Position numbers and translations under genes: made by a program | Notes under the pieces: generated by a model | What the model was told of the DNA's origin: nothing | The model's input: the letters and a program-made list of their open reading frames with translations, nothing else | Databases searched by the model: none | Shown here: positions 36,200-47,733 of the stretch, one piece after another | Layout of the letters: every line of letters starts with the position of its first letter | Numbering within the stretch: the stretch's first letter is position 1 | Assembly: GCF_006345805.1 (NCBI RefSeq) | Contig: NC_043020.1 | Span: 12,586,001 to 12,650,000 of the forward strand | Origin: Octopus sinensis | Lineage: Eukaryota | Reading direction: 5' to 3' | DNA length: 64,000 nucleotides

Positions 36200-36600
36200 A
36201 TGAAGAAGAAGAAGAAGAAGAAGAAGAAGAAGAAGAAGAAGAAGAAGAAGAAGAAGAAGAAGGAGAAGGAGGAGGAGGAGGAGAAAGAGAAGGAGGAGGA
36301 GGAGGAGGAGATATGGTGGTGATGAAGAAGAAGAAGAAGATGGTGGTGGTGATGAAGAAGAAGAAGAAGATGATGATGGTGGTGGTGGTGGTGGTGATGA
36401 TGAAGATGGGGGAAGTGATGATAATAACATGGCAATAGTAATGATGATGGTGACAGTGGTTGTGGTAGTGGTGATGGTGGCAGCAGCAGTAGTGGTAGTG
36501 GTGGCGATATCAGTGGAGATGGTGACAGAGGTGATGGTGGTAGTGATGATGGTAGAAGTGATGGTGGTGATGATTGTGGCGGTGGTGGAGGTACTCTTTA
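36200..36600. repeat. (GAA)n/(GGA)n/(GTG)n compound triplet repeat
   Basis: Direct inspection. Confidence 0.9.
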
Positions 36601-36713
36601 CATGGTGCCAGCACATGTCTTCTTTTTTGTGGTGCTACCACATATGTTCTTCAGATGGCGCTGGCATGTAGAATGAAAATATCATACAAGACTGCTGTGT
36701 AGAAATGTATGTA

Positions 36714-37020
36714 TTGGGTTGTCCGGAAAGTTCGTACTGATTTATAGTAGCTTACCTTTCGACTTATTTTAGAACATGGTTGAGTCCATATAATAGGATT
36801 TGACTACACCTCCATTTAGAGCACAGTTTAAGCTATCTTTTTGTGGGAGAATGTTTATGTTCCTATAACCTGTGTTAATTCTGTAACCCTTTAAAATGGA
36901 AGATAAGAAAGTTCATTTTCGGCACTTGATGCTTTGGGAACCAGACAAAAATTGCTGCAGCTCGGCTGGGATGTGTTACCCCACCCTCCATATTCACCAG
37001 ATATTGCTCTTTCGGATGAG
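36714..37020 (+). mobile_element. Internally deleted mariner element
   Basis: TA|ttgggttgtccggaaag TIR-like start; LLQLGWDVLPHPPYSPDIALSD. Confidence 0.78.
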
Positions 37021-37620
37021 GATATAAGATTTGCAGACAAAAGAGGGTGTTTCAATGGCCTACTGAGTGTAGGGGTGGAGTACTTAAATGTTCTTTTACA
37101 TTTCATTTGTTTCAGTTATTAGACTGAGGCCATGCTGGGGCACCACCTTGGAGAATTTTTAGTCGAATGAATCAACTCCAGTAATTATTATTTTTTTTTT
37201 TAAGGCAGGTATTCTATTGGTCTCTTATGCCAAACTGCTAAGTTACAGGGACATAAACACACCAACACTGGTTGTCAAGCAGTGGTGAGGGACAAACACA
37301 GACACAAGACAGACAGACACACGCACACTCACAAACAACACACACACATCCACACACACATACACAAACACACATACACACACACATATACATACACACA
37401 CATATAATAGGCTTCTTAAAGTTTGTCTACTAAATCCACTCACAAGACTTTGGTTGGCCATAGCAGAAGACACTTGCCCAAGGTTCCATGCAGTGGGATT
37501 GAACCCGGGATCATGTGGTTGGCAAGCAAACTTCTTACCACACAGCCACACCTGGCATTTCCTTCTATAAAAGAAGAAAAACTGGAATAATCCATAAAAA
37601 TGCTATCTTTAATGCTTTAC

Positions 37621-37845
37621 CTGGATATCAATTAATGTCGATTGGTTCTGGTGAGGCAACTTGCTCGTGGAAAATCTTGGAAACTGTAATTGGAATATTT
37701 GGTTCTGGCGCAGATGCTGTCGTAGTGTGTCCCAGAGGTCAGCACTCCGAGGAAAACCCACACGGTCTTTTACAGACTTGCGACTGATACTGATATTGGA
37801 AAAAACATGGTACTGGATTTTGGACAAAATCTCATTTGATTGGTT
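37621..37845 (-). CDS. GSAP: GSAP exon 15 (225 nt, phase 0-0; NQSNEILSKIQYHVF...QSTLIDIQ)
   Basis: Poly-T acceptor ttttttgtcag|, donor |gtaaag; only one frame is open. Confidence 0.82.
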
Positions 37846-38061
37846 CTGACAAAAAAAAAAGGAGGAAGACATATCAATAATTATCAATAGTAATTGCATA
37901 TTTGCATATTTGTGTATTGATTTTGTGGGTGAGTATATATGCGATTGTGTATATATAGTTGCAGATGTGGGTAAGTCGTTAAAAATTTATAACAGACGGA
38001 TTAGGTTAAGCCAGGGATGGGCAACTTTTCGTCAACTGGGGGAGCCGCATGATAAAACACA

Positions 38062-38470
38062 TCATCATCATCGTTTAACGTCCGTTCTCCATGCTAGCAT
38101 GGGTTGGACGGTTCAACTGGGGTCTGGGAAGCCAGGAGGCTGCACCAGGCTCCAGTCTGATCTGACAATGTTTCTACAGCTGGATGCCCTTCCTAACACC
38201 AACCACTCTGTGAGTGTACTGGGTGCCTTTTACGTGCCACCGGCACGGGGGCCAGACGTGGCTGGCAACGGCCACAATCGGATGGTGCATTTTACGTGCC
38301 ACCGGCACGGATGCCAGTCGGGGTAGCGCTGGCAACGGCCACGTTTGGATGGTTCTCTTACGTACCACCGGCACTGGTATCACAGCTACAATTTCCATTG
38401 ATGTTGATCGCTTTCAATTTTGATTTTCATTTTTTCATTTGAAAATGGTAAAGTGGACATCATGATGATG
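38062..38470 (-). mobile_element. RTE 3'UTR fragment (second subfamily)
   Basis: Matches 43545-43953. Confidence 0.82.
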
Positions 38471-38980
38471 ACGATGGTGGTGGTGGTGGTGGTGGTGGTG
38501 GTGGTGGTGATGGTTGTGGTGGTGGTGATGGTTGTGGTGGTGGTGGTGGTGGTGTGGTGGTGGTGGTGGTGGTTGTTGTGGTGGTGGTGGTGTTGGTGGT
38601 GGTGGTGGATGGTGGTGGTGGTGGTGGTGGTGATGGTTGTGGTGGTGGTGGTTGTGGTGGTGGTGGTGTTGGTGGTGGTGGTGGTGGTGGTGGTGTGGTG
38701 GTGGTGATGGTGGTGGTGGTGGTGGTGGTGATGGTGGTGGTGGTGGTGGTGGTGATGGTTGTGGTGGGTGGTGGTGGTGGTGGGGTGGTGGTGGTGGGTG
38801 GTGGTGATGGTGGTGGTGGTGGTGTGGTGGTGGTGGTGGTTGGTGGTGGTGGTGGTGGTGGTGGTGTGATGGTGGTGGTGGTGGTGGTGGTGGGGTGGTG
38901 GTGGTGGGTGGTGATGGTTGTGGTAGTGGTGATGGTGGTGGTGGTGGTGGTGGGTGGTGGTGGTGGTGGTGGTGGTGTGC
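38461..38980. repeat. (GGT)n array
   Basis: Direct inspection. Confidence 0.95.
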
Positions 38981-39028
38981 ATGTTTGCATGTGTACACAT
39001 ATTTATTCCTGTTGAGGTAAATATTTAC

Positions 39029-39126
39029 CTTATCCAATTGTCCCCTGAAACTATCAGCTGTTGTGAAAGGGACCACCGTTAAGATGCTCTTGGAAACTCT
39101 TTGCCTCATTTTCAAATAGGTCGTAC
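39029..39126 (-). CDS. GSAP: GSAP exon 14 (98 nt, phase 1-0; TTYLKMRQRVSKSILTVVPFTTADSFRGQLDK)
   Basis: Acceptor ccatgttttag|, donor |gtaaat. Confidence 0.87.
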
Positions 39127-39239
39127 CTAAAACATGGAAAGGATAAATCAATTAATCAGGTGTGCTACCCCCCACCTGCTCATAACTCATAACCTCACCA
39201 CCACCCCCATCTCTCTTCCTGCAACCATCCATTTCCATT

Positions 39240-39652
39240 TCTTTACTACCCACAAGGGGCCAAACACAGAGAGGACAAACAAGGATAGACAAACGGATTA
39301 AATCGATTATATCGACCCCAGTGCGTAACTGGTACTTAATTTATCGACCCCGAAAGGATGAAAGGCAAAGTCGACCTTGGCGGAATTTGAACTCAGAACG
39401 TAACCGCAGATGAAATACCTGTTTCTTTACTACCCACAAGGGGCTAAACACAGAGAGGACAAACAAGGACAGACAAACGGATTAAGTCGATTATATCAAC
39501 CCCAGTGCGTAACTGGTACTTATTTAATCGACCCCGAAAGGATGAAAGGCAAAGTCGACCTCGGCAGAATTTGAACTCAGAACATAACGGCAGACGAAAT
39601 ACCGCTTAGCATTTCGCCTGGCGTGCTAACGTTTCTACCAGCTCACCGCCTT
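39240..39652 (-). mobile_element. SINE C tandem dimer, followed by an inverted copy at 39773-40006 (+)
   Basis: Direct comparison. Confidence 0.82.
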
Positions 39653-40254
39653 TCTTCCTGCAACCATCATCTTCTCACTGCCCCCACCCCTTCACACAGC
39701 CTACCTATAAATGGTATTGCACCACCCTTATCTCCCTACCCAATACACTCTAGCTGTACCCTGCTATACTACTAAGGCGGCGAGCTGGCAGAAACGTTAG
39801 CACGTCGGGCGAAATGCGTAGCCGTATTTCATCTGTCCTTACGTTCCGAGTTCAAGTTCCGCCGAGGTCGACTTTGCCTTTCATCCTTTCGGGGTCGATA
39901 TATTAAGTACCAGTTACGCACTGGGGTCGATGTAATCGACTTAATCTCTTTGTCTGTCCTTGTTTGTCCCCTCTGTGTTTGGCCCCTTGTGGGTAGTAAA
40001 GAAATATATACTACTAACCCCATCTCTCTCTCTCTCCCCACTTCTGGTCTACTTCTGCCAGTCATCACCTACACTTACCTTTATCCCATCACCCATCCTT
40101 ACCTATATCTACCTCTCCTCTTACCCATCACTCCACCCCTGACATTTTCAAATATCCCCCAAAAACTTCTTCTCCATCAAACCCTTTCTTCCACCCTCCT
40201 ACCCATTCCGGTCCTTCTGATATCATTCCTCTCTCTCTCTCTCTCTTTCTCAGT

Positions 40255-40471
40255 ATTCTTTTATACTTTTATTTGTTTCAGTCATTTGACTTTGGCCATG
40301 CTGGAGCACCGCCTTTAGTCAAACAAATTGACCCAGGGACTTAATTCTTTGTGAACCTAGTACTTATTCTCTCGGTCTCATTTACCAAACCGCTAAGTGA
40401 CAGGGACGTAAACACACCAGCATTGGTTTTCAAGCGATGTTGGGGGGGACAAACACAGACACACAAACATA

Positions 40472-40529
<58 letters not shown>

Positions 40530-40685
40530 ACGGGCTTCTTTCAGTTTCCATCTACCAAATCCACTCACAAGGCTTTGGTCGGCCCGAGGCTATGGTAGAA
40601 GACACTTGCCCAAGGTGCCACGCAGTGGGACTGAACCCAGAACCATGTGGTTAGTAAGCAAGCTACTTACCGCTCAGCCACTCCT
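40255..40685 (-). mobile_element. SINE family A
   Basis: Full copy. Confidence 0.85.
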
Positions 40686-40991
40686 GTGTGTATGTATCTC
40701 TTTGTCTCCTGTCCCTTTCCTAAATCACCTGACCAAACACACATACTCCCAATGTTATTAAGTCCTCTCAACACAAAGACCTACACTTCCACCTACCCCC
40801 ACCCCACAATATCCATTTCTAGCATTTCTACTCTCACCACTCCTTCTCCTATTCCCCTCCTTGGCCTACACAGCTTAGTCTACTGAGTAATCTCCTCATT
40901 TACTCTGTGCATGTATGTGCATGCGTGAGCAAGTTTCACAGGGAGAGGTGCATAATTCTATTGTCTGTAATGTGTTAGATGACTGTAAATA

Positions 40992-41770
40992 AAGGCGGCG
41001 AGCTGGCAGAAACGCTAGCACGTCGGGCGAAATCCTTAACAGTATTTCGTCTGCCGATTACGTTCTGAGTTCAAATTCCGCCGAGGTCAACTTTGCCTTT
41101 CATCCTTTCAGGATCAATTAAATAAGTACCAGTTACGCACTGGGGTCGATATAATCGACTTAATCCATTTGTCTGTCCTTGTTTGTCCTCTCTGTGTTTA
41201 GCCCCTTGTGGGTAGAAAAGAAATAGGTATTCATCTACTGCTACGTTCTGAGTTCAAATTTTACCAAGGTCAACTTTGCCTTTCATCCTTTCAGGATCAA
41301 TTAAATAAGTACCAGTTACGCACTGGGGTCGATATAATCGACTTAATCCCTTTGTCTGTCCTTGATTGTCCTCTCTGTGTTTGCCCCTGTGGGTAGTATA
41401 AAGAAATAGTATTTCGGTCTGTCGCTATGTCTGAGTTCAAATTCCGCCGAGGTCAACTTTGCCTTTCATCCTTTCAGGGCCGATTAAAAAGTAAGTTACG
41501 CATTGGGGTCGATATAATCGACTAATCCGTTGTCTGTCCTGTTTGTTCTCTGTGTTTTTAGCCCCTTGTGGGTAGTAAAGAAATAGGTTTCGTCTGTCGC
41601 TATGTTCTGAGTTCAAATTTCACCAAGGTCGACTTTGCCTTTCATCCTTTCAGGATCAATTAAATAAGTACCAGTTACACACTGGGGTCGATATAATCGA
41701 CTCAATCCGTTTGTTTGTCCTTGCTTCTCCCCTCTGTGTGTAGCCCCTTGTGGGTAGTAAAGAAATAAGA
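40992..41770 (+). mobile_element. SINE C head-to-tail array (one full unit plus three headless units)
   Basis: ...gggtagtaaagaaatag runs directly into gtatttcgtctg... at each junction. Confidence 0.85.
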
Positions 41771-41944
41771 TGACTGTAAATAAAATTAACCTTATTTGGA
41801 CGACTGCCACACAAAATGCATCTCATTTTTGCTCAAATGAAAGAACTTAGCTGCCACACAAGGAGCCAGGAATCATGTCTCCCCATGGCACACAGACATG
41901 ACTTGTGTCAACTTTCTAAAGTAATTTCAGTTATTTTTTTTTTA

Positions 41945-42250
41945 TGTGCCCTTTCCAAGCCTAGTCAGGCTCATGGGCCCGGTTTCCCAGTTTCTGTGGC
42001 GTATGTGTTCCCCCCCAGTTGGACGGGACACCAGTCCATCGCAGCATTACCCAAGAAACAGGAAGAAAGAGTGAGAGAAAGTTGGGGCAAAAGAGTACAA
42101 CAGGGGTTGCCACCATCCCCTGCCGGAGCCTCGTGGAGCTTTAGGTGGGTTCGCTCAATAAACACACACAACGCCCGGTCTGGGAATCGAAACCGCAATC
42201 CTCCAACTTTGAGTCCGCTGCCCTAACCACTGGGCCATTGCACCGCCACA
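41945..42250 (-). mobile_element. SINE family B, tail type 2
   Basis: tRNA-Arg-like head with tail ...ccagaaactgggaaaccgggcccatgagcc. Confidence 0.78.
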
Positions 42251-42430
42251 TTTCAGTGAAAAAAAGGGTCTAATTAGTTTCGTTGGTCACAATATTTTTT
42301 TCCCCTTTCTTATGTATTTTAATCACATTAAACTCACCCACTTTCAGCAAACTTCATCAGCTCAATTTATCCCTATAAATACATGGTTACTCAAGCTGCT
42401 AGAAATAGTAGCCACATCTCAAACTAAATG

Positions 42431-42818
42431 TGGAAGCACTCCGTCGGTTACGACGATGAGGGTTCCGGTTGATCCGAATCAACGGAACAGCCTGCTCGTG
42501 AAATTAACGTGTAAGTGGCTGAGCACTCCACAGACACATGTACCCTTAACGTAGTTCTCGGGGATATTCAGCGTGACACAGAGAGTGACAAGGCCAGCCC
42601 CTTGAAATACAGGTAACAAACAGAAACAGGAAGTAAGAGTGAGAGAAATTTGTGGTGAAAGAGTACAGCAGGGATCACCACCATCCCCTGCCGGAGCCTC
42701 GTGGAGCTTTTAGGTGTTTTCGCTCAATAAACACTCACAACGCCCGGTCTGGGAATCGAAACCACGATCCTATGACCGCGAGTCCGCTGCCCTAACCACT
42801 GGGCTATTGCACCTCCAC
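42431..42818 (-). mobile_element. SINE family B, tail type 1, with a 13-bp TSD
   Basis: TSD ctcaaactaaatg at 42418-42430 and 42819-42831. Confidence 0.88.
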
Positions 42819-43028
42819 CTCAAACTAAATGCTACCAACTTGAAAAGAAAGGAACACTTTGGATGATTGTTGTCCTAGATATGCAATGCATAAAAAAGGC
42901 AAGGAAGACCATGAATGGAACATCTGCTCAGTCAGGACTGACCTGGTATTAAACAACAATAGCAGCTGTAATGATAGCCAAAATTAGAACATGATAAACA
43001 GAAAGATAAATTTTGTCTTTCTACTTAC

Positions 43029-43098
43029 TGACTAGGAACTCAGATAAAAGTTCTTGGACCTCTGGACTAGCACAATCATTGCTGAGAGCAACAAAAAT
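43029..43098 (-). CDS. GSAP: GSAP exon 13 (70 nt, phase 0-1; IFVALSNDCASPEVQELLSEFLV)
   Basis: Acceptor ttggctttcag|, donor |gtaagt; LLSEFLV resembles LIQEFII. Confidence 0.88.
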
Positions 43099-43146
43099 CT
43101 GAAAGCCAAACAAAAAACAGGAATGACAATACAATTTTATACATAA

Positions 43147-43522
43147 CTAGCAGTATCGCCCGGCGTTGCTCGGGTTTGTAAGGGAAATAACTATAAAGCA
43201 TTTTTAGAGAGTTATAGCCAAAAAATAGCAAAAAATGAAAAAAAAAAATGATGGTAAATTTGTTTTTGAGAGTTAAAAAGGTGGAGTTGCGTCCCCTAGA
43301 CAGTCTGTGGTTTGTGTTTCTGATTCTTGACCCCATGTCCAATTTATCGATTTTTTTCAGAACTGGGGGAACTTTTCAAAATTTTCGCTGCGTTAGTTTT
43401 GAATTATGACATTGGGCTATGTGTGTGTCAAGTTTCATCAGAATCAGTTGAAAGCCGTGGTCAGGGTGAGGGTACAAGCAAACAGACACACAGACAGACA
43501 AACTGCCGTTTATATAGAGAGA
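43147..43522 (-). mobile_element. Chimeric Helitron H4 (family 3' end, different 5' body)
   Basis: A|TCTCTCTATATAAACGG...CCCGAGCAACGCCGGGCGATACTGCTAG|T. Confidence 0.8.
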
Positions 43523-43544
43523 TTATATGTATGCATACCTTTCC

Positions 43545-43953
43545 TTCTTGGGACACAAAACTCTACTTGTGAAGACCTGTTGAGGCAAGTGAAAATCAAA
43601 ATCGATCAACATCAATGGAAATTGCAGCTGCGATACCAGTGCCGGTGGTACGTAAGAGAACCATCCGAACGTGGCCGTTGCCAGCACCGCCCCGACTGGC
43701 CTCGTGCCGGTGGCACATAAAAAGCACCATCCGATTGTGGCCGTTTGCCAGCCTCGCCTGGCCCCCGTGCCCGTGGCATGTAATAAGCACCATACGATCG
43801 TGGCCGTTTGCCAGCCTCGCCTGGCACCTGTGCAGGTGGCATGTAAAAAGCACCCACTACACTCACGGAGTGGTTGGCGTTAGGAAGGGCATCCAGCCAT
43901 AGAAACATTGCCAGATTAGACTGGGCCTGGTGCAGCTTTCTGGCTTCCCAGAC
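43545..43953 (+). mobile_element. RTE 3'UTR fragment
   Basis: Modules plus ggttggcgttaggaagggcatccagc. Confidence 0.82.
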
Positions 43954-44125
43954 CCGAGAAGATGAGGAAGAGAGAGATGAGAGAGAGAATATGAGGGAGA
44001 GATGAGAGCAAGAGAGAAAATGAGGGAGAGATATAGAGGGAAGATGAGAGAGTGTGAAAGGAAGTGATAGGTGGGAAAAAAAAAACATCAAAAAAAGAGC
44101 AAAGAAAAAGGCGGAGTCAACGTAC

Positions 44126-44286
44126 ATCTTTGATGACATTGTAGTCTCTGAGATGGAGCAAGATATAATGGAAGAGAGCCATACGAGTGGTCGAAAGGTA
44201 GCAACAGCTAAATAGATGGAGCAATTGGTCTTTGTTGACCAACAGTTTGTATAAGCGCTGAGATTTCTTGTCATAGACCAGCCAAC
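44126..44286 (-). CDS. GSAP: GSAP exon 12 (161 nt, phase 1-0; WLVYDKKSQRLYKLLVNKDQLLHLF...RMALFHYILLHLRDYNVIKD)
   Basis: Acceptor attccattggcag|, donor |gtacgt; resembles the recalled GSAP VLDCCSGKLYRALL...KMAALH. Confidence 0.88.
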
Positions 44287-44677
44287 CTGCCAATGGAATC
44301 AGAAACATAATGGTTAAAACAAACAGAGAAGATTATCAGAATAAAGATTAACAGTTTAGCATTTAATCCAGCTATATCCGATCCAAATATTCTAGCTGTT
44401 TTATGTTCTGAACAGCCAGATCCAGCCTCTCACGCATAACCTGCAAAGCCATTATAAAAATATACTTATTGCATCATCAAAATTTCTTCAAACTTTGTTT
44501 TTCTTTACATTTATTCAATCTCCAAAGAATTCCTCTCAACACAGGGGTATGATACTCCCCCACTACTCCTGTTCATGATCAGAGATGTACATATCGTCAG
44601 CCACTAAGGGACATGCTCAAGTGGTTAAGGTCAAACAACTGACAAGGAAATCTGTGGTATTGAGCAGAATATTTGTT

Positions 44678-45075
44678 GGAGTGACTGTGTGGTAAGTAGC
44701 TTGCTAACCAACCACATGGTTCTGGGTTCAGTCCCACTGCGTGGCATCTTGGGCAAGTGTCTTCTGCTATAGCCTCGGGCCGACCAATGCCTTGTGAGTG
44801 GATTTGGTAGACGGAAACTGAAAGAAGCCTGTCGTATATATGTATATATATATATATATGTGTGTGTATATGTTTGTGTGTCTCTGTTTGTCCCCCTAGC
44901 ATTGCTTGACAACCGATGCTGGTGTGTTTACGTCCCCGTCACTTAGCGGTTCAGCAAAAGAGACCGATAGAATAAGTACTGGGCTTACAAAGAATAAGTC
45001 CCGGGGTCGATTTGCTCGACTAAAGGTGGTGCTCCAGCATGGCCGCAGTCAAATGACTGAAACAAGTAAAAGAGT
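44678..45075 (+). mobile_element. SINE family A (another copy at 45255-45625)
   Basis: Matches the other copies. Confidence 0.85.
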
Positions 45076-45381
45076 ATATCTGATCCAAATATTCTAGCTG
45101 TTTTATGTTCTGAACAGCCAGATCCAGCCTCTCACACATACCCTGCAAAGCCATTATAAAATTATACTTATTGCATCATCAAAATTTTGAAACTACAAGA
45201 CAATGCTTGATTAATTAACCATTTTGATTCCAACCTGGCTGAAACCGCCTCTGGCTCACATGGTTCTGGGTTCAGTTCCACTGCATGGCACCTTGGGCAA
45301 GTGTCTTCTTCTATAGCCTCGGGTTGACCAAAGCCTTGTGAGTGGATATTGGTAGACGGAAACTGAAAGAAGCCCATCGTA

Positions 45382-45426
<45 letters not shown>

Positions 45427-45883
45427 ATATGTTGTGCTTGTGTTTGTCCCCACAACTGATACTGGTGTGTTTACGTCCCCGTAACTTAGTGGTTCAGCAA
45501 AAGTGACCAATAGAATAAGTACTAGGCTTCCAAAGAATAAGTCCTGATGTCAATTTGCTCAACTAAAGGTGGTGCTCCAGCATGGCCACAGTCAAATGAC
45601 AGAAACCAGTAAAAAGATAGAGTATAACAATATTTCTGCTTCAGCAACTCAGTGCTGAATCTGTCTGAAATGTAATGGAAAATAGGTCAGTTTCAAGACA
45701 TTGATACCCAAGTGACAGAAGCAAAGTTTAAAGGGAAGGGAATAGTAGTCTTTTCCTTTGATTTCCAGATAGAAGCAAAGAGGAAACAACATTTACTGAC
45801 CAAAGATAAAAAAGAAAAAGAGAAAAAAAGAAACAGAATAAAAATTTTGTTACACAGTGTTATAAGCCTGTTTGGAAGGGTTT

Positions 45884-46281
45884 GTGGAGGCGCAATGGCC
45901 CAGTGGTTAGGGCAGCGGACTCGCGGTCATAGGATCGCGGTTTCGATTCCCAGACCGGGCGTTGTGAGTGTTTATTGAGCAAAAACACCTAAAAGCTCCA
46001 CGAGGCTCCGGCAGGGGATGGTGGTGATCCCTGCTGTACTCTTTCACCACAACTTTCTCTTACTCTTACTTCCTGTTTCTGTTGTACCTGTATTTCAAGG
46101 GACCGGCCTTGTCCCTCTCTGTGTCACGCTGAATATCCCTGAGAACTACGTTAAGGGTACACGTGTCTGTGGAGTGCTCAGCCACTCACATGTTAATTTC
46201 ACGAGCTCTGCCACTTACACATTAATTTCACATTAATTTCAACCGGAACCCTCATCGTCGTAACCGACGGAGTGCTTCCAT
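45884..46281 (+). mobile_element. SINE family B, tail type 1
   Basis: Head gtggaggcgcaatggcccagtggttagggcagcggactcgc; flanking repeat tataagcctgttt at 45861 and 46286. Confidence 0.87.
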
Positions 46282-46378
46282 CCCATATAAGCCTGTTTAA
46301 AAAAGTTTGACCTGGGGCTCACTCAACCATACCAAACACTACAATTAGCAGATTCAGGGCTCAAATAATAGGCCTTAC

Positions 46379-46564
46379 CTGATAGATACATTCCTTTACA
46401 GTAGTGATTCCTTAACTGTAGCCGTCTACTGCTGGCATGAAGTAGAGACACGTAGTTGTGTTGGCTGTCATCCAGATTCACATTTGTTTTGCTACATTTT
46501 GTATTTCGATCTTCAGGTTGTGAGGGTTTTTTCTCTTTCGAAACACTGCCGTACAGCGATTCTC
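46379..46564 (-). CDS. GSAP: GSAP exon 11 (186 nt, phase 1-1; ESLYGSVSKEKK...RNHYCKGMYLS)
   Basis: Acceptor ttttcatctgaag|, donor |gtaagg; open frame, phases fit. Confidence 0.82.
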
Positions 46565-46610
46565 CTTCAGATGAAAATATAGAGATATTACTGTACATGG
46601 AGAGACACGG

Positions 46611-46921
46611 TACTACTTAAGAAGAGTGGTCCCGGTGCGTGCACTTGCGTACTTGCGCATCTGTGCAAGCTAGTCGTGACTAGTCGATCTTTACTTTGTG
46701 TTTTTGTGTTTTATTTACTTTGTTTAAAAAAATTATTTACTTTGTTTTTGTGTTTTATTTACTTTGTTTTAAAAAAAATTATTTGTTTTGTGTAAAAAAA
46801 TTATTTATTTTGTGTTTTATTTACTTTGCTAGGTAGTTGTTGTAGGATCGACTAGTCATGACTGGCTAGCGCGGATGCACGAGTACATGAGTGTGCACAC
46901 CGGGACCACTCTTAAGTAGTA
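46611..46921. mobile_element. MITE/foldback with imperfect TIRs of about 80 bp and a T-rich core
   Basis: tactacttaag(aa)gagtggtcccggtg...gactagtcgatc versus gatcgactagtc...caccgggaccactcttaagtagta. Confidence 0.8.
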
Positions 46922-47179
46922 CCGATACATACCACACAGTGAAATAAGTTAGAGAATAAAAAGTAGTAAAGAAAAGCATGAAACGGGCAAGGAGGGAGGG
47001 AGAGGGGGAGAGAGAAGAGGAGAGATAGGTGGGAGCACAGAGTGTGTGGAAGAGATTGAGAAGGACAGAGAAGGTGAAGGGACAAAGAGAGTGGGAAGGA
47101 TTGAGAGAGGGTGAGGGACAGGAAAAGGGATGGGTAGAGAGCATGGCAGGACAGAAAGAGAGAGAAAATAGGAGGGACA

Positions 47180-47430
47180 GAGAGAGGGAGGGATAACAGA
47201 GAATGGGAGGGACAGACAGATAGTGGGAGGGATGGACAGAGAGTGGGTGGGACGGACAGAGAGTGGGAGAGACGGACAGAGAGTGGGAGGGATGGACAGA
47301 GAGTGGGTGGGACGGACAGAGAGTGGGAGGGATGGACAGAGAGTGGGTGGGACGGACAGAGAGTGAGAGGGACGAACAGAGAATGGGAGGGACGGACAGA
47401 GAGTGGGAGGGATGGACAGAGAGTGGGAGG
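47180..47430. repeat. 20-bp minisatellite (gagtgggagggatggacaga)
   Basis: Direct inspection. Confidence 0.85.
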
Positions 47431-47534
47431 GGAAAAGAGAGTGAAAGAGAAAGATAGAGTAGGAGAAACAGAGAGAGTAGTTTGAAGGTAATAGGAGTAA
47501 AAAGAGAGTAAGGAATGGAGGTGACCCCACTTAC

Positions 47535-47627
47535 TGTGCAACAGGATGTGGTTACAGGGTTCGTATTCAATACTGACGTTGAGGAGGTGGGTGAAAAATC
47601 CCGGGAGACTAACCACCAGGTATCCAT
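47535..47627 (-). CDS. GSAP: GSAP exon 10 (93 nt, phase 1-1; GYLVVSLPGFFTHLLNVSIEYEPCNHILLH)
   Basis: Acceptor atcattacag|, donor |gtaagt; the strongest diagnostic motif, cf. recalled GSAP YVAVYLPGHFFHLLNV and pigeon VPGLFTHLLDV. Confidence 0.93.
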
Positions 47628-47733
47628 CTGTAATGATAATGGGAAATATTACTGTAAGGGTCAACCTGTTAGAATAGCAGCCAAACTTGTCCTTAAATGA
47701 TATTTCTACGGTTAAGAAAACAAAGGAGAGATA

